Assembly: GCA_030390025.1 (NCBI GenBank)
Contig: CM059432.1
Span: 131,752,001 to 131,816,000 of the forward strand
Direction: 5' to 3'
DNA: 64,000 nucleotides
DNA from: Squalus acanthias
Lineage: Eukaryota
Part shown: positions 12,001-24,663 of the stretch, piece by piece
How the letters are laid out: every line of letters begins with the position of its first letter
Numbering within the stretch: position 1 is the first letter of the stretch
Notes under the pieces: generated by a model
Seen by the model: only the letters and a program-made list of their open reading frames with translations
Told to the model about the DNA's origin: nothing
The model's database searches: none
Translations under genes and position numbers: made by a program

Positions 12001-15000
12001 GTTCTGAATGGCAGGTAGTTTTCCCTGACCCTGTAAATATGTTCCCGTGGGTATCTGTTGCTGGGGCGGATAGATTGCTGTTCAATCTTCTTTTTCTTTC
12101 CGTCCTCAGCCTCTGGTGCCTGTGCACCAAAAACAAGTCACCAATTGCAATATGACTCATTTCTGCTGAAGCAAGTTAAGTTACTTATTACTGCTCTTTA
12201 AAGCCTTCATGAAAAACATGAAGACAACAACTGGTTATTTGAAATATAAAAAATGAAGGCTGTTCGGAAACATTTTCAATTGGTACTTAATTGGTCTTAA
12301 CAAGCTGTTGATCATTTAAAAAAAAAATACATGTTAAATATTTCAGCATACTTTTCTTGGCAGTAGAAAACTGCCTCTTCTGTAGCTCACACGCAAGATG
12401 CAATCTTTCCCAGGACCTAATGGATGGAAAATCATGGGTTGTGTGGCCTTCTTCTTCTTCTTAGGCAGTCCCTAGGAACCGAGGATGACTTGCTTCCACA
12501 TTAAAAATGAGTTTGCAGGTGACTGATGAGTCCAATGCAGGACCTACAGTCTCTGTCACAGGTGGGGCAGACGGTGGTTGAAGGGGCAGGTGGGTGGGGT
12601 GCTTGGGTTGACGTGCGCTCCTTGCGCTGCCTGCGCTTGGCTTCCGCTTGCTCCCGGCGAAGAGACTTGAGGTGTTCGGCGCCTTCCCGGATGCTTCTCC
12701 TCCACTTTGTGCGGTCTTGGGCCAGGGATTCCCAGGTGTCGGTGGGAATGTTACACTTTTTCAAGGAGGCTTTGAGGGTGTCCTTGAAGCGTTTCCTCTG
12801 CCCACCTGGGGCTCTCTTGCCATGCCGGAGCTCTGAGTAGAGCGCTTGTTTTGGGAGTCTCGTATCGGGCATGCGGACAATGTGACCCGTCCATCGGAGC
12901 TGATCGAGCATGGTCAAAGCTTCGATGCTGTGGATGTTGGCCTGAGCAAGAACACTGACGTTGGTGCGCCTATCCTGCCAATGGATTTGCAGGATCTTGC
13001 GGAGGCAGCGTTGGTGGTACCTCTCCAGTGCTTTGAGGTGCCTGCTGTACATGATCCATGTCTCTGAGGCATACAGCAGGGCGGGTATCACTGTTGCTCT
13101 GTAGACCATGAGCTTAGTGCCGGGTTTGAGGTCCTGGTCTTCAAACACTCTCTTCCTCAGGCGACCGAAGGCTGCACTGGCACACTGAAGGCGGTGTTGG
13201 ACTTCGTCGTCGACGTCTGCCCTTGTTGACAGTAGGCTCCCGAGGTATGGAAAGTGGTCCACGTTGTCCAAGGCCTTGTCGTGGATTTTGATAATCGGGG
13301 GGCAGTATTGTGTGGCGGGGGCAGGTTGGTAGAGGACCTTTGTCTTACGGATGTTTAGTGTAAGGCCCATGCTCTCGTACGCTTCGGTGAAGGTGTTGAC
13401 GATGGTTTGGAATTCGACCTCCGAGTGAGCGCAGACGCAAGCGTCGTCTGCATACTGTAATTCAACGACAGAGGATGGGACGACCTTGGATCTGGACTGG
13501 AGGCGACGGAGGTTGAACAGTTTCCCGTTTGTTCTGTAAATTAGCTCCACTCCAGTGGGGAGCTTACTGAGGGTGAGATGGAGCACTGCAGCAAGGAAGA
13601 TCGAGAAGAGCGTTGGTGCGATGACACAGCCTTGCTTGACCCCGGTTCGTACGTGAATTGGGTCTGTGGTGGATGCGTTGGTCAGGATTACGGCTTGCAT
13701 ATCGTCGTGAAGCAGGCGGAGGATGGTGACAAACTTTTGAGGGCAGCCGAATTTGCGGAGGACACTCCATAATCCCTCACAGTTGACAGTGTCGAAGGCC
13801 TTTGTGAGATCGAAGAAGGCCATGTACAGCGGTTGGTGCTGTTCCCTGCATTTCTCTTGTAATTGACGTGCGGTGAAGATCATGTCCATTGTGCCCCTTA
13901 GTGGGCGGAATCCGCATTGCGACTCTGGGAGGAGCTCTTCGGCCACTGGGAGAAGGCGATTGAGGAGGATTCTTGCGATGACTTTCCCTGTGGAAGACAG
14001 CAGGGAAACTCCTCTGTAATTACCGCAATCGGACTTGTCACCTTTCTTGAAGATGGTCACAATTACGGCATCTCTGAGATCCCCTGGCATGCTCTCCTCC
14101 TTCCATATAAGAGAAATGAGTTCATGAATTCATGCCTCGGCGGGGATTCCATCTGCTCCTGAGGCCTTGTTGTTCTTCAGTTGTCGGATGGCCTTTTCAA
14201 CCTCATGCCGGGCTGGGGTTGTGCTGAGATGGTGGCGGGTAGCATGCTGCGGGATGGAGTTGAGGAAACTCGCGTCGAAGACAGAGTCGCGGTTAAGGAG
14301 ATCTTCAAAGTGCTCCTTCCAGTGGGCACTGGCTGCCTCTCTGTCCTTGATGAGTACCTCTCCGTTCGTGGCCCGCAGTGGGGTAGGGCCTTGGGTGCTT
14401 GGGCCGTAGGTGGTCTTGACTGCGCTAAAGAATCCACGCACGTCGTGGTTGTCGGCTAACTGCTGGATCTCCTGCGCTTTCTCCACCCACCACCTGTTCT
14501 TTAGGTCGCGAGTTTTTTGTTGGACCTCGGCCTTCAGGCGTCTGTAGAGCTGCTTTCTTGCTCTCGAGTTCTGTTGCTGTTTCCAGATCAGGAATGTTCT
14601 GAATGGCAGGTAGTTTTCCCTGACCCTGTAAATATGTTCCCGGGGGTATCTGTTGCTGGGGCGGATAGATTACTGTTCAATCTTCTTTTTCTTTCCGTCC
14701 TCAGCCTCTGGTGCCTGTTCACCAAAAACAAGTCACCAATTGCAATATGACTCATTTCTGCTGAAGCGAGTTAAGTTACTTATTACTGCTCTTTAAAGCC
14801 TTCATGAAAAACACGAAGACAACAACTGGTTATTTGAAATATAAAAAATGAAGGCTGTTCGGAAACATTTTCAATTGGTACTTAATTGGTCTTAACAAGC
14901 TGTTGACCGTTTAAAAAAAAAATACATGTTAAATATTTCAGCATACTTTTCTTGGCAGTAGAAAACTGCCTCTTCTGTAGCTCACACACAAGATGCAATC

Positions 15001-15043
15001 TTTCCCAGGACCTAATGGATGGAAAATCATGGGTTGTGTGGCC
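12000..15043. repeat. 449-bp direct duplication (12000-12448 and 14595-15043) flanking the RTE
   Basis: Both copies start TGTTCTGAATGG and end GTGTGGCC; constant offset 2595; about 8 substitutions. Confidence 0.95.
12449..14594 (-). mobile_element. RTE-clade LINE, 5'-truncated, young
   Basis: 529-aa RT ORF (KKGDKSDCGNYRG, ESQCGFR, GVKQGC, YADD, C-terminal CCHH-like); (GAA)n 3' tail at 12449-12462. Confidence 0.95.
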
Positions 15044-15380
15044 ACCAAAGTGCTGATATACAATCCCAGCAGTTTAGACTCTGCTCCAGGAGTGCAAATG
15101 CGTAAATTTACTTATTTAAGTGTATATTCCATGAATCCAGCATGCTGTATAGAAGATGTAGTGACTGAAATGGAAGTGCACACAGACGAGTGTTAATGGG
15201 GCTATTAACCAAGTGCTAAATGCCTCAGTTTGCTACCCTGTTCTCTTGGGACCATTTACTCCTTACTGTGGTACCTCTCTGCCTGCTGTTCTGTGCTCCC
15301 TGATTCAACTTAAAGGCTGGGGAATAGAGAAGAAATGTTGCCTTTGTGCACTACAAAACTGGAAGGCCCTGCAGGAGCTG

Positions 15381-15702
15381 ATCACAGAATCACAGAATCC
15401 CCACAATGCAGATAGAGGCCATTTCAGCCCATCGAGCCTGCACCGACACAAATCCCACCCTATCCCAGTAACCCCACGTATTTAATCCCCCCTAACACTA
15501 AGGGTCAATTTATCATAGCCAAATCAACCTAACCCGCACATCTTTGGACTGTGGGAGGAAACCGGAGCACCCAGAGGAAACCCACGCAGACACAGGGAGA
15601 ATGTGCAAACTCCACACAGACAGTCACCCTAGGCCGGATTCGAACCCGGGTCCCTGGCGCTGTGAGGCAACAGTGCTAACCACTATGCCACCGTGTTGCC
15701 CC
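15381..15702 (-). mobile_element. HE1-like V-SINE (tRNA head, V core, CR1-derived tail)
   Basis: Minus head gggcaacacggtggcatagtggttagcac...gggttcgaatcc; core tgtgcaaactccacacagac; tail repeat cacagaat. Confidence 0.85.
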
Positions 15703-18073
15703 ATGCTTGCTTCGTTTATGCTTGACTCACCTTGAGTAACATCAGAGGATTGTGACTCTGACATTGCGGCTGCACTTGATCTGTACATGGGAGTTCCAGT
15801 CATATCATATGTGTCTACTTGCTTGAAAAGTTCTTCAGTGTTCATCAGCTGAGACCTGTGCACCTGGATGAACTCCTGCAGCTCCTCTCCAAGGGTTTTC
15901 TCCACTTTTTTTGTTCATTCAGTTTAAGCCAGTTAAGGTAGTTTCTTGCAATCTGTATCACTTCTAGGGTATCTCAAGTGTCTGTCCTGCACACATTGCA
16001 GCTCAACTGTAGCTGGAGGCATACTGGCGGTGAGAAAAGAGCCTGGAAGATCAGCTGAATTTCTATGTCAATCAAGGATACAGATAGACTGATTAATGCA
16101 TTGTCCATTGTCGGTCAAGATAGCAAAGGATTTGGCATTAGTGCCAACCTAATCAGTAAATGAAAAGTGGAACCTGTGGTGATGGTCAATACCGATGGTG
16201 ATCAAGTTAACAATTTTAGCAGAGGTGCAGTTGGATTTGTTAGATTCAATTTTGTTTGATCGCAAGTAAAAATGTTTTGGATAATTAGGAAGAGTAGGAG
16301 AGAAATCGAGAAAGCAAATACATTTAGTGATGAAAGGGAGATGTTTTAACCACAGATCAAAGTCTGATGATTTTAGACAGCAAAGACAAGCAACAGGGAC
16401 ATCAGAATGAAGTAAGCGCATACACCTCCTTTTGGATTGGAAATGATAGTAGAAAGTGCAAGAGGAAAATCGAAAGAAGAATGGGGTAGAAATGAGTCTG
16501 GGCCCGTCAGACGACACTGCAGCGCACACAAACCAAGAGGCCAGAGGATCGATAGAAATTTGTCCTTGGGCCTCATCTGATTAATTGGGATGAGCTGCCA
16601 GCGCTGGCCATACCTCCACGGCTGGTCAGATCGCACAATGGGGAAAACAATTTCGGGCCGCCTGCCTCACTGGCACAACACATACCAATTTGTACCTCCA
16701 ATGTGTCAGAAAAAAGTGATACTTGAGTTTCTTGGATAAGCAGCAGATGAGGGTGAGATGAATGGAGGTAGAGGTGGACAGTATTTGAGAAGGTGACAGG
16801 AATACTGGAGAAGTGAAGGGAAAAGTGAAAAGATGAAGGAATATCTACAGGGGATGTGTTTTGGGTGTCACAAAGGCTGCTTTTGATTGTCAATCTTTTA
16901 GGTTGTATTTAACATTGTTTACAATATCAATAGAAGAAAAAACGCAAAGATAAAGGGCTGTCACAGCTGAAATATGTCAGGGAGTTCGAATATCCTACGT
17001 GTAGGAGAAAAAATGGCAGGGATATGGGGAAAGAGCCGGGGAGTGGGACTAACTGGATTGCTCTTTGAAAGAGTCGGCGCAGACTTGATGGGCGGAGTGG
17101 CCTCCTTCTGTGTAGTACTATTCTATGATTCTATGACATGCCATGTGACCAATCCTGATGCCACTAAACCTGGGTGTTAAAAGTACCATTTCGTTGTAGT
17201 TTTTGCAATGCTGGGATCTGTTGATGGGATATCTTTCCAATGCTACTAATTGATTTATGCCCCTAAGAATCAGATTGTGCCACTAAACTGCATTTGACCA
17301 TTGTACTGTTCAATAGGAGCAGCCTCTGAACAGTTTAAGCTATGATAAAGCAGAGAGGGAAAACAAAAGTAGAGTGGGGAAAGAATTCGCTGAGGAGTTG
17401 AGCAACCAAAAGGATGTGGAGGAGAAGTAGGGTCGATAACGTTCGAGAGAGTGATAAGAAAGAGACAAAAACAGAATTGAAAAAAAGGAGTTGCAATTAC
17501 ACCAGGATGCAGGAACAGCTTTTTGGGACTTAGCAGTGTCTATGAGAGGTGTCACTACCCCAGGCAATCCAAAGAAGTTCTTCCACCTATGGTGTTGGTG
17601 TGGTAGATTCTGTCCCTTTTCCCATGACCGGAAGAATGATTATCCTATACCTGGCTCAGAGTTGCCGGATGAGGCACTCCCAGTGTAATCGAGAATTCTT
17701 GCTGTAAGGAATATCACAATGGCGGAAAGATTCTGCAATCTCTGATAGCTCACTGACCCACTGCCGAACAGGTTAAGTGGAACTGAGGTTGTCCGTGGCT
17801 GAAAACCTTCACCTTAAATTAGTAAGAGCTAGTGCTTCAGGGGTTAGGGGTCGTACTTTCTCTATACATGCTCTGAATTCCTTTGACTAAATATTTTGAT
17901 TTTGTTAAAAAAAAATGTCTAAGTATAAAGCTTTTTCTTCAATCGAAAGAGAAATACTCTTGATTAAATTAAGAGTTAAGTAGCTGTGAGTAACATGCTT
18001 TTTTTGGTAGAATGTTAATATTGTGTGAAGCTCACATATCTGGGTTAGCTAAGATACATATTGGATCACACAT

Positions 18074-18460
18074 CACATAGAAACATAGAAGATAGGAGCA
18101 GGAGTAGGCCATTCGGCCCCTCGAGCCTGCTCCGCCATTCAATGCGATCATGGCTGATCATCCAAATTCAGTACCCTGTCCCTGCTTTCTCCCCATATCC
18201 CTTGGTCCCTTTAGCCTTAAGAAATATATCTAACTCCTTCTTGAATATATTTAATGAATTGGCCTCAACTGCCTACTGTGGTAGAGAATTCCACAGGTTC
18301 ACCACTCTCTGGGTGAAGAAATTCTTCCTCATCTCAGTCCTAAATGGCTTACCCCTTATCCTTAGACTATGACCTCTGGTTCTGGACTCCCCCGCCATCG
18401 GGAACATCCTTCCTGCATCTAGTCTGTCTAGTCCTGTTAGAATTTTATAAGTTTCAATAA
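18074..18460 (-). mobile_element. CR1 3' fragment
   Basis: Near-identical to 9624-10010. Confidence 0.92.
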
Positions 18461-18792
18461 GTTTCACTCACACATACAAACATTTACATATCCAAATGAG
18501 TTGTGATACAGATAAGAGTATGCAAGACTTGCAGATACATAACAGACATATACCTAAATAATTTTTGGTGTGCTAGCTTGTAGTTAATACCGACATTAAC
18601 AAGTTTTTTAAAATTATGCTTTTGTGAGGCGCCTTGTAGAAATATTGTAGAGTTTTAGTACTAGTTTATAGGACTATTTGATTAGGATTTTAGTTCCTCA
18701 TGCAGTCTACTCAGCAGTCAGATTCACAAAATATGCTTAGAACTGTAGCATATATCAATAAAATATTTGTTTTCCTTTGCTTCTTAGGTACA

Positions 18793-18880
18793 ATGAAGTC
18801 ATGCATATTACGAGTTTTAGTGATCTATTTGTCATCTGATTTATTTAGTGGGGCTGTGCCAGATGAAAACGTAAGAGCAG
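18793..18880 (+). CDS. col21a1: COL21A1-like coding exon 1: start codon and signal peptide (MKSCILRVLVIYLSSDLFSGAVPDENVRA-G)
   Basis: Acceptor tttcctttgcttcttag ending 18787, ATG at 18793, donor CAG|GTAAGA after 18880; 88 coding nt, phase 1 joins the next exon as G-C-R-T-A. Confidence 0.85.
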
Positions 18881-19986
18881 GTAAGAACTGTATGTAGCAT
18901 GTCAGGGCTATGACCCAGTCAAAGATGTGAGATAAGTCCCATATCATAGGCTGTAATTTATATGGTAGCTAATACAATCATTGCTTGGATGTTCTGAAAT
19001 TATACTGTGATTTTATTATATTACATGTCCAAAGCACATAAGAATGTTAGACAAAACTAAAGAAGCATGTAGTACTTTTCAGCCTTGTTTTATAGAAAGC
19101 ATAGGGCACTGTGTATTTCCATGTTTTTATTGAAGAATAGCGTGCCTTTTACCTATGGTTCCTGTGGTGCTTGACAAAGAGCGAACATAGAAACAGGTGT
19201 TGTAAACTTTATGTGAAACACTTAACTTTCTAGTCTGGATACAAGAATAGTTTAATTATGCCACCAGTATAATTTTTAAAATTTGTTCTCCGAATGTGAG
19301 TGATGCTGGCAGTGCCACATTTATTGCCCAAGCCTAGTGCCCGGGAAGGTGGTGGTGAGCCTCATCCTTGAATTGCTGCAGTCCTTATGGTGGTAGTGCT
19401 TCCATATGGTGGTAGGTAAGAAATTCCAGGACTTTGACCCAGCAACAGTGAAGGAATGGCGATATAACTCCAAGTGAGGATGGTGTGTGACTTGGAGAGG
19501 AAATTGGAGGTGATGGTGTTCTTATGATGTTGCTGCTCTCATCCTCAGTGGTAGAGCTCATGAGGCTGGGAGTTACTGTTCAAATAAGCTTGGCGAGTTT
19601 CTGCAGCGCATCCTATAGGTGGTACATATTGCAGCCGCAATGTGCTGGTGGTAGAGGGGATGGATATTGAGTTCAGTGGTAGGGGCACTGATCAAGCAAA
19701 CTTCTCTAACCTGGATGATATTGAGCTTCTTGAATGTTGTTGCAACTGCACCCATCCAGGCAAGTGGTGAGTATTCCATCACATTCCTGACTTGAGCTTT
19801 GTAGATGGTGGAATGGGGACAGGAGGTGAGCCATTCATTACAGAGTACCCAGCCTCTGCCCAGCTTGTAGCTATGGTATTGGTAGCAGTAAGATTCTGAC
19901 CCCCCAGGATGTTAATGGTAGGCGAATAGGTGGTGGTGCTGTTGAAGGTTGGGGGGGGAGATGGTTGGGCTTTGTCTTTTTGGAGA

Positions 19987-20370
19987 TGATGCGGAGATGC
20001 CGGTGTTGGACTGGGGTGGACAAAAGTGAGAAGTCGCACAACACCAGGTTATAGTCCAACAGCTTTATTTGAAATCACAAGCTTTCGGAGCACTGCTCCT
20101 TCGTCAGGTGAAGTGAAGAAATACATATGGGCATAGCATAAATAGTCAGAGAACAATGCCAGACGACTACAGTTAATCTTTTTAACTGCCCTTTATAAAG
20201 GGCAGTTAGAAAGATTAACTGTAGTCGTCTGGCGTTGTTCTCTGACTATTTATGCTGTGCCCATATGTATTTCTTCACTTCACCTGACGAAGGAGCAGCG
20301 CTCCGAAAGCTTGTGATTTCAAATAAAGCTGTTGGACTATAACCTGGTGTTGTGCGACTTCTCATTTTTG
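19987..20370. mobile_element. Fold-back element 1: Penelope-type termini, 175-bp inverted arms, no loop
   Basis: Arms 20021-20195 and 20196-20370 centred on CTTTA|TAAAG; 34-nt unpaired extension; flanking duplication TTTTTGGAGATG partly overlapping the ends. Confidence 0.9.
20280..20316 (+). ncRNA. Minimal type I hammerhead ribozyme motif (antisense copy 20075-20111)
   Basis: TCAC-CTGACGA-A-GGAGC agc GCTCC-GAA-AGCT-T-GTGA: stem I, CUGANGA, stem II, GAAA, palindromic stem III. Confidence 0.75.
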
Positions 20371-20986
20371 GAGATGGTCATTTGCTGCCATGTGGCATGA
20401 TTCTTACTTGCCACTTGTCAGCCCAAATTTGGATGTTGTCCAGATCCTGTTATAGGCTGGCACAGGCAGCTCCATTCTCAGAGGAGTTGTGAATATATTA
20501 TATTGACTTATTGAAAAAAATGATAGTCCCAAAATCAATTAATTTTCTGTACTTTACTAAATATTTCTAATGTCTAACAATTATACTTAGTGTGGACAGC
20601 GCTACTTTTTCTCCTCTTTGGAGGCCATGGCTACCATTTTTGGAGATAAGTCACTGGATGTCTGGGGCAAATGGTGACCAACATGACCAGAGGAACCATG
20701 CAAGTATCAAATGTTGTTGGTTGTTTGTTCCCTAACACAATCATAAGGCTTTACACTTAGTGGCTACCCCAATAAAATCTAATTGTGGAGCAAAGTGCAA
20801 TAGTTATGCTTTCAAATCCTTTTACATTGGGTCAAATTGCCCTCTGGATTTAAAAGAACTGTTGGTAGGAAAATTTATCAAATGTGAAAGTAACCTTCTG
20901 GCTTTCACTCTTGAATATTTAGGTGTTTTATTGGTTAATGTTGTCAGATTCTAAATAAACTCTTAGCCCATTTACTCTGTCAATAG

Positions 20987-21547
20987 GATGCAGAACAGCA
21001 GTGAATGATTTGGTTTTCATCATGGATGGATCCTGGAGTGTGGGATTCGACAATTTTGAAACAGCAAAAACATGGCTAGTTAATGTCACGAGTGGATTTG
21101 ACATTGGACCTGAATATACGCAAGTAGCTGTTATCCAGTACAGTGACACTCCACGTCTGGAGATTCCATTTGGTCAATTCCTGACCAATAAAGAACTAAT
21201 TGCTGGAATAGAAAGTATTAAATACCTTGGTGGAAATACTCAAACAGGCCGCGCTATTAAGTTCGCAACAGAGACTGTTTTCCCTTCTTCACAAAGATTT
21301 AAGACAGCTAAAAACAAAATTGCCATTGTTGTCACGGATGGAAAGTCTCAGGACGATGTTGTTGATGCTTCTGTTGAAGCACGTGTAGACAAAATAATCC
21401 TGTTTGCTGTCGGAGTTGGATCTGAAATTACAGAATCAGAACTTAAAATGATTGGCAACAAACCTTCTACAACTTACGTTATATTTGCTGAAGATTATGA
21501 AACTATAGAGAGAATTAAGGAAGCAATGCAGCAGAAGATATGTGAAG
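20987..21547 (+). CDS. col21a1: COL21A1-like exon: von Willebrand factor A domain
   Basis: Acceptor caatag, donor G|GTGAGC; 561 nt; CRTAVNDLVFIMDGSWS...GGNTQTG...VVTDGKSQDDV...QKICE with MIDAS DxSxS/T/D. Confidence 0.95.
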
Positions 21548-22669
21548 GTGAGCGTTTACTTATTTTAATGATGGGTATATTTGGTGACCTTGTAGTAGTA
21601 CAGTCACGTTCTGACAAAACATTTTTGTATTCAAGTTTTGTGGCTGTAATTTACCAACAATACCCGAGTTTTTCCAGTTTTGAGCAACTGGATAGTGCAG
21701 CCCGGAAACAAAGCATGTCATCACTGGGCAGGAAAGAACTGACATTGTGTAGCTCCATCTATTTGAATTGTGCCTTCCATGAGCTAGTTATGCAACGACC
21801 TAGGCAAAGATAGAGAACTCCACAGCTAACAGTGCCCCACGCTCTTGGATGGAGGAAGGTGTATGATGGTAAAATGTTTACAGGGGATGATAGAAAGAAC
21901 TAAATTCTGAAATGTAAAAAGCTGCTACACCTATCAATCAATCATTGAAAACAGGAATAAAAATATGTGGGGTTTTATCCAGTGAAACCTCTGGTACTTC
22001 TCAACAAATCCTTTGGTTCTTTTAATGATTTCCATTACTCCGCATTGCTTTATAACTGTGACTACAAACACGGATGCATTTACTTCTGTTGGATTGAGCA
22101 AAGTAAACACATTTTCATGAAGTGCAACTTGAGATCCATGATAACTAAAGCACTAACATTCCTCCTGTTGTTAATTTTACAGAAAAATTGCTAAGTATAA
22201 AATGGGAAATATTCTTTTGAATTAGTGTTCAGCTTCTTCCTTTTTTATCACTACATCTCTTCCCAATGCTCCTAGATTTATTTTAAGTACTTCATGGCTT
22301 TTGCAGATAATTGGCAGTTCAGCTCCTATGCCATAAATCTTTGCAGTATGGAGGCTTATTAGATTACATGTCCACAGGAAATCCTATTCATGCAAGTTAC
22401 TCAACATAAAAAGGCTAGAAAGCAGCATTACAGTGAGCAACAGAGAAACATACATTTCTAGACATGTATCCATAGTAAAGATGTTTATTAATCAGTAATT
22501 TCAACACAAATTATTTCTGAATAATAGATCCAGTACCATAACCACTGGGCTACCATACCCATCCACCTGAACAGACTGATGGGGCCTTGGTTTACCATCT
22601 CATCCAAAAGAAAGCAACTCTGACAATGTAGCACTGCCCCAATACTGCTCCGAGGTGTCAGTCTACATT

Positions 22670-23410
22670 GGCCCGTAATTTCCGATAGGAGGCTTCCTGC
22701 GTGCGGATGCCTCCTATCGGAAAAAAATCTACCCGAGGTCCGGACACTCCCGATGCTGGGCCTCTCCACAGTTGAAGTGTGCAGGGCCCACGTATCCCAG
22801 GGGCGCATGCAGTTCGCAAGCGTCCCTGGGATCACGTGGGCCAGGTGAGCCAATGAAAGAAGGGAATCCCCCTTCATACTTTTGACAGATAGACCCATCA
22901 AAAGTATGAATGGGGATCAATGAAAAAACACACTAAAACATTAAATACATTTTTTAAAAAACATCACATTTTTAAAATCAGTTAAAATTACATTAAATTA
23001 AATATTTTAAACAAAAATTTAATTTTTTGAAAAAATAATTAAAGTTTTTTACGGGGATAAAAATAAACTTACCTTTTTTTAAAAGTATTTTAAAATTATA
23101 AATGAGTGAAATCTTTTTTTTTACTTTTTCAACTCTTATGCTGGTAAAAGCAGGCCTTACGCCTGCTTTTACCAGACGTATGATTTCTAAGGGTTTTCAG
23201 CGGGCGGAGATTCTGCAGAAAGTGGAACTCTCATTATCGCAGAGGCCCTTCTCCAGGGCAGGCGTCCGATCTGTCAAGAGCATTCTTGACAGATCGGAAG
23301 TGCCGGTTTTTCAGCGCATGCACTTCGCATGCCTGAAACTGGCATTTCCGATGTCCCTACGGGTGTGTACACGCCTCGTACACACCCATAGGCACCGGAA
23401 ATTACGGGCC
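22670..23410. mobile_element. Harbinger-type MITE inserted in a Deu-type SINE remnant (22540-23480)
   Basis: Perfect 15-bp TIR GGCCCGTAATTTCCG; TSD ATT; SINE sequence resumes after the insertion. Confidence 0.88.
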
Positions 23411-24663
23411 ATTATGTATTCAAGTACTGCAGTAAGGCTTGAACCCACAACCTTCTAACAGCCTTCAGTATTACCACTGAGCCAGGTTCACACTTTGAGC
23501 CAAACTGACACTGTTACCCGATCCATTGAATCTGATAATGCCCCCCCCCCCTCCCCCCAGCAGTTATATTGTTGGGGTAAAAGGCTACTTTGTCACTCCA
23601 AATAATGCATTGGCCACCTCCTGTTGATACAGTGTCTTGGCCAGTGCCACTATAATTTCTCCTTGGTGTCTAGAAATATCATTAGCCAGGATCTGGCATT
23701 TCTCAGTTTCTACCTCATTGGACAGCCTACACTTCTGAATGCATCCCTTCTTGTTGAGGGTAATTCATTCTGAGCCTGTGGAGCATCTTATGATAACATG
23801 GCTCCCTCCTTGCTACCTTTCTCTTATAATCCCCATTCTTGCCACTCTTCCTCATTTAGCACAGGAGGTTTCCCAAATACTTTACAAGATATTGCAGCCA
23901 GAGCGTATAATGGTTGCAAATTTGCAACAGTATGTCCACAACAGCGGATTTGTTGACAAATATAAAAATATCCAGGCGTGGGTTTAGGTAGAAAATTTGA
24001 ACTTGTACACAATCCTTCCAAAGAGCATCACTCCCAACCCCCTGCACATGTTTGCACTAGGATTGCCATCCCTCCTGGATTGTCCGGGAGTCTCCCGGAA
24101 TTTAGGATAGATCTGCCGGGGGCTGCTGTGACCAACTCGAGAGAAAATCAGAAGTAGAGTTGATGGGCAGCACCAGTGCATCAATGAGAGGAGGCGGAGC
24201 TTTGATGGGCAGGCGTGGAGGCCAATAGGCACAGGTCAATGGGGTGGGGAATTTCCATCACCAGGTTAGGCTGCTCAGGAGTCTGTATGAGCACTGTAGG
24301 CGGTAATAGCTGGTTTGGCTGCAGTAGTAACTATTTTAGGTAAGTACTTGTCCTAACTTTGATATTCCAATCAGTTCCTTTTTCCATTTGGGAATTATCG
24401 TCTTATTTTGAGACTGAAGTGATTCAAAGCCACTGCTGGACTTCTTTTCCTGCCTTGTGAATATTTTTTTCCCCAGATACTATTGATTGAAGTGGAGGGT
24501 GAAATGGCATTTAAGTTCCCACCCTTCAGCTCCCAGTGCCTGTGTCTGTGGCAGGGTTGCCAACACTCCCGGATTACAGAAGCTGCTTCACTTGCTGAGT
24601 GATTCCAGCCTTTTCTGCTTTTGTTTGAGATTATAAAGAATTGACTACCTTTCTTGGGCAGTT

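Larger units (their letters stand above)
19275..20490 (-). mobile_element. Old non-LTR retrotransposon 3' fragment (clade uncertain), interrupted by fold-back element 1
   Basis: MEYSPLAWMGA...KKLNIIQ motif; its 3' end matches 61688-61790 on the + strand. Confidence 0.65.

Noticed and set aside
16150..16900. Possible decayed LINE endonuclease (LLLIQETQV, GGVCAY)
   Set aside because: Too degenerate to delimit or classify with confidence
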